Shown here piece after piece: positions 11,275 to 23,126 of a stretch of 64,000 nt of DNA. Origin of the DNA: Botryllus schlosseri (Eukaryota); the NCBI GenBank assembly GCA_051294905.1, contig CM119372.1, positions 8,558,001 to 8,622,000 of the forward strand, given 5' to 3'. The position numbers were made by a program, and so were the translations under genes. The notes beneath the pieces are model-generated. The model was not told where the DNA came from and searched no databases. It saw only the letters and a program-made list of their open reading frames with translations. How positions within the stretch are numbered: the first letter of the stretch is position 1; each line of letters opens with the position of its first letter.

Positions 11275-12484
11275 ATCTACTTAAGTACGAGTAGAAGTAC
11301 TTCTTCCATAAGCCACCTAAAACTACTTGAAGTATAAGTAGAATTGACTGACTTTAAATCTACTCAAGTAAGTAAGTAGTTTTGAAAACAGTCTTAATTC
11401 GTTCGCATGGACTGTCAAAAGCTGCAAATTGAGCTATGCGGAAAGTGTAGAGAGCTTGAATCGTATTGATGCACCCCATGAGGTATCAATTTTCGACAGA
11501 ATAGCCTATAAGCATCCGTCACCATCATGGGATGCAAATTATGGTATTGATATGAAAATGCGATACTAACTATAGAAGATCTCGTTTTAGAGAATATCAA
11601 TGCATGGTGCCCTACCCCATATAATAAGGCCCCAAGTTTAAGCGAAGAGCAATACGTAGAAGTTGTATCGGATACGGTTTCAACATTTTGCGCGATTAAT
11701 ATACAAATATTGTGGTGCGTAAAATTTAGTGTAGCTTTATTTTCGGAAAATATAGGCATTACTACACTTGCTTTTATGCTTCAACATGTATGTTCTGCAT
11801 ACAAAAGAACTGAAAGTAATTCCAACTCAAAGTATGACACTTCGACTATCATACTCGGAATTGAAAGTGAAATACAAACACCACTTCTAAAAAGCGGAAA
11901 ATATATTTCATGTCTTTTGTCCATAAAGGTGATCTGCTAAAACAGGTGTAACCACAGTAACGTTCTAAAAAGCCGGATTTTCCAGACTAGCAGGACACGT
12001 CATGGGCTGCTACATAACGATAGAATAAGTAATTGCTAGATTGCAAAACGGTAGTTTCAAACGTTATGGTGGGCCATATTTACTGTGATGAAATATTTGA
12101 TATGGGAGACAATGCGGAGTGAGCGGAACCATAAGCAATCTGGTACCTAAATTATATTCACTGATACTTTCGTGAAGACATATTTGTCACTCCACAATTA
12201 CTGTGCGCGAAGTGCAACGAAATTTCAGGGCTTTACTTGACTTTTATGAATATTAAATGTTGCTACTTCGTGAAAACAGCCCCGAAATTCCTCAGGCTAT
12301 CTTTCGTATTGGGGATTAAACTACTTCTACTTTATAAACTGAAAATAGCGGAAAGTAAGTAAGTAGATCACAAAATATTACGAAGTAGAAAAAAATAAGA
12401 TCTACTTGAGTAAGTACCAGAAGTAGAGAAAAACTACTCGAGTACTTCCAGAAAGTATAAGTACTTCGTTACTGACCACCTCTG
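11275..12484 (+). mobile_element. Non-autonomous hAT-like element, AGTAG-rich family, left end truncated
   Basis: Colinear with the copies at 19706 and 21034; right terminus gtacttcgttactgaccacctctg. Confidence 0.85.
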
Positions 12485-13485
12485 ATTACATCTCCTTTAT
12501 GGGTGGAATTGCAAAAACAAGCATGCGAAATAAGTAGTAGCCTCTGTATCACTAGAATATAATTTGAAAACTGCACTATACCTGATGATTCGATTATGAG
12601 AATGCATCTGACTTCTTTGACCAGGCAGATGACGAGGCCACCGAAAGCTCAACACCAACAGAGTCCGACCAACACTGTTTGATGGAAGATTTGATAATTC
12701 CTACAATGATCAGCATGAAGAAGATTACTCGCACAGCCCTTCAAAATTTGTCTGCATCTACTTTTCACACTCAATCGTGGCATCATCCCCTGACAATACA
12801 ACCACCACCAGCGTAATTTCAAAACGATTTATAGGTTCACAAAATCAGGGCGATGGAACATTCAAATTCATCAATAATTGGAATTTTTGAAGTCGTATAA
12901 AACTTTGCTCAAATCACAATTCAAAAGTATTTCATCTATTATGTACATAATAATAATAATAAGGAAATAGTAAACAAATAGGTTCAAGTTGCAATGGAAG
13001 CTATCAATAGCAGTGCAGTTTTGCAGGCACAAATGTTACGTTGGAACCAGCGTTAAATGAGCTGCAAATATAAACTATGTATAAAAAGACGCACTATTGT
13101 TATAATTGTAAAAGGAACTAACAAATGCCGGTTAGTTGGAGAGGCACCAACAGTGGTGGGTGGAAGTGGAGCGCTGATATTCTCTTACAGAGATGGTATT
13201 TGTTGAATTGCTAGGGGTATATGGTCAATACGGAGAAGTTGTAGTGGAAACAGCTTTACACCCAAGAAGCCGCAGAATACTTTAGTACGGTAATGACGTC
13301 ACTGTGATACATAATGAGGTTAGGAAGCTACAATCCATACCAACCACTATGGTACACAAAGCAGGAACCTTAGTCTCTTAGTAATTTCACAATGTCGAGT
13401 GACAAAAGCATGCCGGTAAATAGCTTCACTACTAGCACCCGGTCAATATGAATGATGCATCAAGCAGCGTACTAAAGCTTCATTG

Positions 13486-14946
13486 TCAAAAGTTTTCCCG
13501 GGAGTTACCTCTGTTAGGAGGTCTGTTGTGATAACCACCACCTTGCATGTCTTGATTGGAAGCTGGCATTGTACCGTGGTATGGTTGTGATTGGACAGGA
13601 TGCTGATCTTGCGGATGTGAGCCATATGGCACAGTATCCCTCGGTGGAATGGTATTTTCGTACATATGAGGCCCAGGCAAACGTGTTGGTGGTGTATTGT
13701 AGTTGTAGTAATGTGAGGGCTCTTCTCTCCCACTTGGATGTCTGGGAGTAGGTGGTGCATAGTGGCGTTCGTGGGGATGGGCTGGTCCGGATAGGTTTGG
13801 ACTCTGTTGGTGAAGCAGCTGCTGACGCAAAAATTCATTCTTCTTTTCAAGTTCCTTCTTAGCGTGCAGTATGCTCTCTTTCTCTTGTCTTTCCTGATGA
13901 TAATCATCTTGAAAAGCTTTCAATTGCTCTTTCACAAACATCGCTTCATTTGGATCTGCAGTATTACGCAGTAGTTGTACTTCGTGCTGTAATCGCTCTA
14001 ATTCTGAATCTCGCTGGTATATGTTTAAATTCAGCTGTTCAATCATCGCGTCTCTGCTATCAGAGGACCGAGCAGATTTGTCTGAATGTCCATCGACCAT
14101 TGACATCCTCTCAACGTCCTCTTCCGCTCTTCCACATCGGACAGTTAATTTCTCGATTTTATCCTCCTGATCGCGACTGTGTTGCTTATGGTTCTCAATT
14201 TCTTGTTTAAGTTTTTGATTCTGGAGTCGCAAGTCAGCGACCATGGTTTCGTATTTTTCTGTCTCCGTCTCGGGTACGGAATTTTGCTGAGTGAAATTTT
14301 TTTTGCCATCGTCCCTGGCCTTTCTCAACAGGTCAAGCTCTGATTCGGCTTTAGATAATTTGTCGTACAGCCGTTCTTTTTCTCCTTTCAAATCATCGGC
14401 TTGGAGGGACAACTTTTTGTTATGAGACTTGATATCCTGTACTTCATTCAATGTGCGCTCCTTTTCTTCTGTTAACTCGGCCTTCAATGCGCTGACCTGC
14501 TGTGACAAGCAGTTATTTTCTTCAGCTTTCTCTAACACAAGTTGGTAATACCCTCTTACGAAAGATTCCAATTCCGCAATCTTATAATTCTTATTTTGAA
14601 TTTCGGACTGAAGTCGAGCGTCACCAACCATTGGGCTTACGCATAGGTCACTACCAGGGTGAATGTTGTTAGATGCCCCTGCAATTTGTTTTCGTAAGTT
14701 TTCACGGTCAATAACCACCTTGTTGTATTGGTCTTTTAAAACATCTAGTGCTTGTTGCTTTTCTCTCAATGTCTTGTGTAGTCCCTGAACCGTTTCATCT
14801 CTCTTTGGTTGTTCATTATTGCTTTCGCTGCATCCGTCTTGACATTCAATTTGCAGCTGCTCCATTTGTTGACCGACTTCCTCTTCGTGAAATACTGCCG
14901 TTGATGGAGAAGACTCTTTTATTGATTCACATTTCTTATCCTCCAT
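13486..14946 (-). CDS. Coiled-coil UBAN-domain protein, TNIP/ABIN-like (NEMO/optineurin family), single coding exon
   Basis: Long coiled coil, then VKEQLKAFQDDYHQERQEKESILHAKKELEKK (UBAN/CC2-LZ DFxxER-like), then a Pro/His/Tyr-rich tail with no zinc finger. First ATG at 14946, with an acceptor-like site about 30 nt upstream. Confidence 0.75.
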   Translation of the reverse strand: MEDKKCESIKESSPSTAVFHEEEVGQQMEQLQIECQDGCSESNNEQPKRDETVQGLHKTLREKQQALDVLKDQYNKVVIDRENLRKQIAGASNNIHPGSDLCVSPMVGDARLQSEIQNKNYKIAELESFVRGYYQLVLEKAEENNCLSQQVSALKAELTEEKERTLNEVQDIKSHNKKLSLQADDLKGEKERLYDKLSKAESELDLLRKARDDGKKNFTQQNSVPETETEKYETMVADLRLQNQKLKQEIENHKQHSRDQEDKIEKLTVRCGRAEEDVERMSMVDGHSDKSARSSDSRDAMIEQLNLNIYQRDSELERLQHEVQLLRNTADPNEAMFVKEQLKAFQDDYHQERQEKESILHAKKELEKKNEFLRQQLLHQQSPNLSGPAHPHERHYAPPTPRHPSGREEPSHYYNYNTPPTRLPGPHMYENTIPPRDTVPYGSHPQDQHPVQSQPYHGTMPASNQDMQGGGYHNRPPNRGNSRENF

Positions 14947-17079
14947 GCTAACCAACCACCATATCACAACAAGATCTGTTGTAATGCTACAAAAAATACG
15001 TTAGCAAGTCTGCAAATAGGGATTAATCATTAACTTGAAATACCGAATGACATAAATGTGAAGAAAATGAGGGCTTGGATGGGAAAATCATCCATCTGAA
15101 AAACTGATGACCAGATGGTGTGAAGAATGTTTAATATATCAGTAGTCACATGCCTCATATTTAGATGCTCTAGGCCAGCAATCAGCAGGAAGAGCTATTC
15201 CAACAGATTTGCCATCACATAAAAACAAGGGAGCGCCGCTAACCCTGTTTCATCCATATAATAATCATGACGCCACATACAGTTTCATTACGATACACAT
15301 ATTACAATATCTTAATGAAATGATTATAGTGATTTTAACTTCTTGTAGCGATCTGAATCTGCTATACGTGAAAACGGTAGAATTCTAGTGCAATATTAAA
15401 CCAACTTGAAAACTTCATGATGATAGCGCACCATGAGGCCGATGTTGTTGACCCTAAACACTGTAGCCTATCTTGAATAAATACAAAGGAACATATGCAT
15501 AACTCAATATTGTTTTATTCCATGATGTTAGCACTTTTGTTTCATATAGTCACTATAGCCGGGGTTTACCAGCGCGGTGCCAGCGGGCATCAGGTCACAG
15601 GTAAGGACCAGAAGAGTCGTTATTTGTGGCTGTAGCAATTATTCATGAGCGTTAAGGGTCAATGTAGAGAAGGGTTCCACGTGAACGGCTTTTTAACATG
15701 GGCGAGTCGACCCTAATGAACATGTGAATGCAATTTTCGACCAGAGAGGCGTTGCTTGTCTTCGCACCTATAATGTTTGAAAGGAAATCTAGATAATATT
15801 CCCATGCCTCCATTTGGATCTTGGCGCTCCGACACCCAGTGGGGGGTAATTCCAGCCCAAATCAACTGATGCAGATAACCACGCGTTTCAAAATAAACAC
15901 CAAATGCAATTCCCCAGCAACATAGACATATTTCAAACTGAACAAAAGTTATTTTGCGAAAATCCATTCAGCGGTTTAGAATTTATGGGGATTTGAAAAA
16001 GACCACTTTTTGTGCTCAGTCAACCGTGAAAAGGTATGATTTTTAGAACATGAACTTTAGAATTTTAATGTAAATTAGTCTTTTTCTATGGCTTTGAATG
16101 GAGTACATTTTCAGAAAGTACATAGCCTAACACTCATTTTGAATATTTTTATTATGATAATAACCTATCCGCTTGGGGTTAAAAGGGGGGCTAAAGGTGA
16201 GGCAGAAGTAAAATCAGTCATGCGTGATGAATTTTTCCAGGCTGAATTGTGAAAAAAGGTATACTTCAAATTTATTGAGTAAGGTGTCATATGAAAGCTA
16301 AGAATGAGCACTGTCCAATAAAAGCAATGCCACTAGTGATTTCAAGGATCTAAGCTGCCTTATAGCAAGAAAACTATATTCAGGTATTTTCCATGTGTCC
16401 CAAGGTATTTTTGGTTATATATTTTATACACATTCTTGACATGTATGATTGATTAATGCTTCATTAAGCATATTAAATAGCTTGGGGCAGGGCTTACTAA
16501 AATATGAAATATAAAAAGCAAGAATATAAAGTGAGTCGTGCATAGATTATTTAGATACATACCATCATTTCTATAAATGAAATCTTCAAACAGTCTGGCG
16601 GTATAGCAGCTGTGCATGGTTGAAAAATATAATTTTAATAAATACACTAGGCACATATGATTTGGTTTCATGGGAGTTATTCTTTGTAAGTGGCAAAGAT
16701 TTATCTTGCAAACTTGAAAGCTCAATGTCACATCTGTGATTTAAAAACATGGGATTTGACGACTCTGACCCGGCATAAGGATGGAATGCTTATGTGAACT
16801 TTTCAATGAGAACTATATCATTACATATTTTAAACTTTTGCTGTGTAGGCATTCTGACTAGAAATGTAGTACAGAAGTATGTCAGGGTTACATTTGCAGC
16901 AATACTTTTTATAGTATAAGCTTGATCAACAGAGACAAGCATCAACTACAAACCACTTTATATCATCACAAAGCTACAAAACTGCAACTGAAATCTTGTG
17001 ATCTATTCAAATTAACAAAAAATATCAACGTACCTGCAAGTGATAAGCTAAGAATTCGTGTAACAACGGAAGTGCTGTA

Positions 17080-17561
17080 AAGGGTTGTAATGACTATAGT
17101 CACTGAACTTGACTCGAGTCATTTTTTTTAAACGTTTAAAATGACCTGACTCAAGTCAATTTGTGTATTGACTCGACTTGTATTCGAGTCATTATTCATG
17201 ACTCGAGACTAGGACGGCCAAGAAAGACAATTCGTTGTAACTTCGAAGAATGGTAAAGTCACCACATTATTGCTATTTCGTCTATCAGCCTTGATACTTG
17301 GAAAATAGGGCCAGAAAATGTTAGGACTGAGGAAAATTACAATATTATGAATCCGTGCCATTTTATATCACTTTAGCAGAGTTGGGAAAAGTAGGTTAAA
17401 CCGGATTGATAAGTCGGACTCGAGTCATCATCCCTCTACTCACTGACTTGAAACTCGGGCTACTTGACACGGTGGGAATTGAAAATGACTCGACTTGAGT
17501 CAAAACTATAAAAGTGAGAGTGACTAGTGATTCGGAAGCTTGTGACTTGGTTACAACCCTG
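17080..17561. mobile_element. hAT-like MITE, GACTCGAGTC-repeat family
   Basis: TIR (c/a)agggttgtaa...ttacaaccctg; TSD gtgctgta/gtgttgta. Confidence 0.85.
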
Positions 17562-17945
17562 GTGTTGTACAGGAAATGTAGCTGTTCCCGGAAGAATTTT
17601 ATTGAGAATCTGTGAACAGATTTGAGTAAACTTGCTCGTTGGGCGTTTTCACAATTCTGTGAAATCAATTTCCAAATTTTGATGTTTTGCAAGTGTTGAC
17701 TGGCCAAATGAGTGAATGATTGCTCTACCAGTATGCTATGTAATTTACCTGTATGAGATTTGACCGATTGTTGAGGCGATAATATGGTTGAAAAATATAA
17801 TTTTGATAACTACACTAGGCACATATGATTTGGTTCCATAGGAGTTATTCTTTGTAAGTGTATGAACAGTTCTCTGCTTGAGAAAATATTTTTGAGAATA
17901 TCCCTAAATATTGTGATGACAACAATACTTCAACTACTTATAGGT

Positions 17946-18484
17946 CAGTGGTTCTCAACCGGGGGTCCACGAAGCATTTTCGAGGGGTTAATCAGGTTGA
18001 CATCAATCAGGTTTCGAAACATTTTGGATTTGAGGTTGTCAGGCAGCAAATTAGTGAAGAGTCGTTTAAAATTTAAACCTCATCACGAAATCCATTTTTT
18101 CCTTTGGTGCCATATATGCTGCGATTATATACCGAAAGGTATTGTCGGAAGCATTACACATAATTATATTACCTCCGCCAACTCCTATCTTTTTATCAAA
18201 TCAAAGGCACGGATTTTCAAGACACGACCACGTACTTCAAGAAATTCAGCTGCAGACTTTGCTTTGAAATGATAAAAGTCTACCCAATTTCTACATATAG
18301 TAAAATGTTGTTTTCAGGACAAGTCATTTTGTTGGTGTTTATCACTAGCGTACAATTGTTATTTGCACAAGACGGATTACTGTTGCAGGATTATTGAGAT
18401 AAATTTGTACTAAAACTTGAGATGGTCCCCGGGTCCGTGACGGCCAAAAGGGGTCCGCGAAGACAAAAAGGTTGAGAACCACTG
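17946..18484. mobile_element. hAT (Charlie/Buster-like) MITE
   Basis: TIR cagtggttctcaacc...ggttgagaaccactg; TSD ttataggt/tactaggt (6/8). Confidence 0.85.
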
Positions 18485-19705
18485 TACTAGGTCATAAACA
18501 GTGCCTGGGAATCAGAGTGTAGCACAAAGGTTGTCCTTTTACTGATCATTTTACCATGACTGTCTAATGTCTATGTATATTAGTTACTCAGAGATGTCAG
18601 AGTGAAATGTAATGTGAAGTATAGAACTAGGCACTCAGTCGGCTGTCTCTGTATTCGTATTTTTGACTGAATAATAGTATGATTAAATGTCTGATATCAC
18701 TTGTACCATGCAATGAAATGGATAGTGCTAGCTAATACCTATACTTAATCAAGTAATGGTCGTAACCTATCAAAGACCAAGCAGCTGTATAAATTATACC
18801 ACCCAAAATACCTTTAGACACAGGGGAAATAGCATGATCATAGTTTTCAGGCTATTAAACTGCTTATATCCTTGAAATCACTATTGGGATTCCTTTTACT
18901 GCATTGTATTTATTCTCAGCTTTCATATGATACCTTACTCAATAAATTTGGAGTGTACCTTTTATCACAATTCGACCCAGAAAATTGTGTCACGCATGAC
19001 TGATTTCTTGGTGGTTCAACTGTCACTGCTCATTTGACCCATAACCTTTTGGAATATCCAGCAAATTATTATTTACATTTAAAGTTCAGTTAACAGAGGT
19101 CACAAAAACATTGATTCACCCGCGAAAACTCAAGCCCATTATATGTAAACATAACTGCAAAATAAGTTGTTCAGAAAGGCCATTTTGACATGGTTCAACG
19201 AACGCAAAAAGTGGTATTTTTCTTATTGCGATAAAATCTCGAAGCCTTGTCCGATTTTGATAAAATCAAGTTTTTTCTGATCAGACGATCAATGTCTCCC
19301 TTTGTGTGCGATTTGAAGAAAATCCATGACCATAGGGTTATCTTTTGAAAATAATTCTGTTGATTTGGGCTGGAATTACCCTGGGGCAATCCAACTGAAC
19401 TTTTGAGACGCTGGCGTGAGTACTGAGTGGAGATATCTTTTCTTTGTGCAGTACCTACTCTGGATGTCAAAAGAAATTCAGTGAACTCGGCTCACGATGA
19501 ATTTGGGAGTCTCCCGCTTGACTGCTAAAGCACGTCACCATGATGAATGCTCAAAAATCCTCCGATTATTCCTAAGCATTTGTTGCTGCTTTGTTAATTA
19601 TTAGATGTGAATTTTGTTGCCACTCTGTTATTTATTACACTGATGATGGCAGACAAAGTAAGAGTGGTTTTGGGGGGTCTGAAGCGCACTGATTCCGAAT
19701 ATGAC

Positions 19706-20543
19706 CAGAGGTGGTCAAAGTAGTCCAGAACGCTACTCAAGTAGAAGTAGCGACGAAAAAAAATCTACTCAAGTATGAGTAGAAGTACTTCTTTCATAAG
19801 CAACCAAAACTACTTGAAGTAGAATTGACTGACTTCAAATCTACTCAAGTAAGTAAGTAGTTGTGAAAACGATCATATTTCGGTCGCATGGAATGTCAAA
19901 AGCTGCAAATGGAGCTATGCGGAAGGTGTAGAGAGCTTGATTCATATTGATACATCCCATGAGGTGTAAATTTTTGACAGAATAAGCAGTCGTCCACATC
20001 ATGGGATGTGTATGATAGTATTGATATGGAAATGCGATAGTAATCCCACTTTTCCAGATTAGGACACGTCATGGGCTGCTAGGTATAATAGGTAATTGCT
20101 AGATTGCGAAACGGTAGTTTAAAACGTTATGGGGGCCACAATTACTGTGATGAAATATTTGATATAGGCGACAATGCGGTGTGATTGGAACCACACAACC
20201 CGGTATCCAAATTATATTCAGCGATACTTTCGTTAAAACCTATTTGTCACTCTATATATACTGTGCGCGAAGCACAAGGAAAATTCTGGGTATTATACGA
20301 CTTTTATGAAAATTATATGTTGGTACTACGTGGAAACCGCCACGAAATTCCTTAGAATATCTTTCTTATTGGGGGATTAAACTACTTCTACTTGACAAAC
20401 TGAAAATAGCGAAAATTAAGTAAGTAGTTCACAAAATATTAGGAAGTAGAAGTAGCAAAAAAGATCTACTTGAGTAAGTACAAGAAGTAGAGGAAAACTA
20501 CTTGAGTACTTTGAAAAAGTAGAAGTACTTCGTTACTAACCTG
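19706..20543 (+). mobile_element. AGTAG-rich hAT-like element, internally deleted copy
   Basis: Starts cagaggtggtca; perfect 8-bp TSD aatatgac on both sides. Confidence 0.9.
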
Positions 20544-20909
20544 AATATGACCTTAGTTTTTTTCAATCGGCTCTTGTTTTGGAGATAGAAAATCGGCTCA
20601 GTCATACTATCAAGCTTAGACCTTCCATATACTTGTTATTTTTACACACAAAAACTCTTTTAAATCAAAATACAGCAACAGCACTACTTTTGTTCAGGCT
20701 TTTATAGGGAGGGGTATAAGTATCTTCTGAACAAGAGCCAATCCGGCAAAACTATAATGTGATATTCGTAATCAGCAACCTCGAAAACCCCAGAAACAGC
20801 TCTCAGATGTTCTGCCAAAATTTTTTTTTCCATCATGTTGACCAGTGTTATGGATGTGAATTTTGTTGCCAGAGACTTGATGCAAATAATACCTTGAAGT
20901 AGGTTAGAG

Positions 20910-22653
20910 AAGTGGTTCTCAACCTTTTTGACTTCGCAGACCGGCAAACCTTCAATAATAATCAAAATTCACCCAAATTGCCAGCACGACTATGCAACTA
21001 AAGAGAAATGCAACTGTGCTAGCATCTAGCATCCAGAGGTGGTCAGTAACGAAGTACTTCTACTTTTTCGAAGTACTCAAGTAGTTTTCCTCTATTTCTG
21101 GTACTTAATTGAGTAGATCTGAATTTCACTACTTCTACTTCTACTTCATAATATTTTGTGATCTACTTACTTACTTTTCGCTATTTTCAGCTTGTCAAGT
21201 AGAAGTAGTTTAATCCTCCAATCACGATGATAGCCTGAGAAATTTCGGGGTTGTTTTCACGGAGTATCGACATTTAATTTTCATAAAAGTTGAGTTAAGC
21301 CCAGAATTTTTGTCGCGCTTCGCGCGCAGTGAATGCGTAGTATCCGATGTGATTTCACAAAAGTATCGGTGAATATAATTTAGGTAGCGGGTTGGCGTGG
21401 TTCTGTTCACACCGCATTGTCGCCCTTCGCCATATCAAATATTTCATCACAGTTTATATAACTCATCACAACGTTTGAAACTGATGTTTCGCAATCTAGC
21501 AGTTACTTATATCGTAATCTAGCTGTCCATGGCGTGTCCTCATCTGGAAAAGTGGACTCTGACTTTTTTTAGTTTAAGAGCTGTTTTAGCATACCAACCT
21601 TCGAAACTTTCTGGACTAAAGACATTAAATACATGTTCCGTTTTTAGAATTATATTTCAGTTTCAATTCCCAGTACCATATATTTTGATTTCTAATTAAT
21701 ATCAGTTCTTTTGTCTAGATAACGTACATGTTGAAGTATAAAAACAAGTGTAGTAATGCCTTCAATTTCCAGAAATAAAAGCTACACAATATAGCATTTT
21801 TACGGTCCACCATATTTTTTTATTAGCGTTTACTAATCGCACAAAGTGTTTACACCGTATCCAACACCATATCTCCGTATTGCTCTTCGACTAAACTACA
21901 GGCCTTAGAACATGGGGGAGTGCGCAATACCATGATATTTTCTAAAACGTGCTGTTCGAGTAAACAGAGGATTAGCATTTCCATATCAATGCTATCATTT
22001 TAATCCCATGATATGGACGAATGCTTATGCTATCGAAAATTGGATACCTGATGGTATGCATCAATCTGAATCAAGCTCGTCACCTTTCGCATAGAATAGA
22101 TCAATTTGCACCTTTTTACAATCAATGATAACGAATTTGGATCGTTTTCACAACTACTTACTTACTTGAGTACTTTTAAAGTCAGTCAATTCTACTTCTA
22201 CTTCAAGTAGTTTTAGGTTGATCATGGAAGAAGTACTTCTACTCGTACTTGAGTCGATTTTTTCGTCGCTACTTCTACTTCTACTTGAGTAGCTTCGTTA
22301 ACTACTTTGAGCACCTCTGCTAGCATCTGCTCTATTGCTAAATGGTACGATCGAAATTCAAAGAAATTAGTATAATTGTACGAGTTGCGCGTACAGTTGT
22401 TTTAAGTTTACAACAGTGGCTGCATCTGCATTCTGACGTCCCCAAAGTCCAAATCAGAGCATGAACTCTCATTATGATACTGTGCAGAAAAATGCGTTCC
22501 AAATTACAAATTTCTAATTCAATATAAAATTCGATGTTCCATTTCTCTATAAAAGCGTTCAACTTCTTGCATTTTACAATTCTGATATAGAAGCCTGATA
22601 TATTTGGCGAGCCGGCAGGAATGTTGTCACGGACCAGTGGTTGAGAACCACTG
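20910..22653. mobile_element. hAT MITE carrying a nested insertion
   Basis: TIR (a)agtggttctcaacc...ggttgagaaccactg; perfect TSD ggttagag. Confidence 0.85.
21034..22319 (-). mobile_element. AGTAG-rich hAT-like element, full-length copy nested in 20910-22653
   Basis: TIR cagaggtg...cacctctg; perfect TSD ctagcatc. Confidence 0.92.
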
Positions 22654-23126
22654 GGTTAGAGAAAGCTGTATGTGAGCAGTGTTATTGGCTGGAGAATGGG
22701 GTAGTTGCCTGACTGACTGCGCATGTTAGAGGTTTTTCTGTCTAGTCGTTGCCGTTCCGCACTCTTCATCAACATTACACAGCCCCATATAGGATGTCTC
22801 CACATGCGAGCATTACAAAACTTTCATTTCCGAGAACTTAAATAGGACATTTATATACGACATATCCACCAGGACCACTAGTCACTACTAATTCGCCATT
22901 GTCTCCATGTGATACCCACTGAGCTACCACGGCGAAGAGTGACATAAGAGACTATAATATCAATAAAATTCACGACGTTGATAATAATTTGTATCAACAA
23001 ATTCACAGAGGGCCGAGTTCACCATGGGCCGACACAACATAACATTTAATTACATACGGTAATTATACTATGCAAGAAACCCTTCCGTCGCGCGTAACTT
23101 ATTGCTGAAAACAACCATAGTGTTTC

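Larger units (their letters stand above)
15700..19500. mobile_element. Large foldback DNA element with long imperfect inverted arms (boundaries approximate)
   Basis: 16210-16380 is the inverted counterpart of 18835-19010, and 15840-16030 of 19190-19390. Confidence 0.6.

Noticed and set aside
17862..18272. 136-aa ORF
   Set aside because: It lies across a MITE and shows no transposase motifs.
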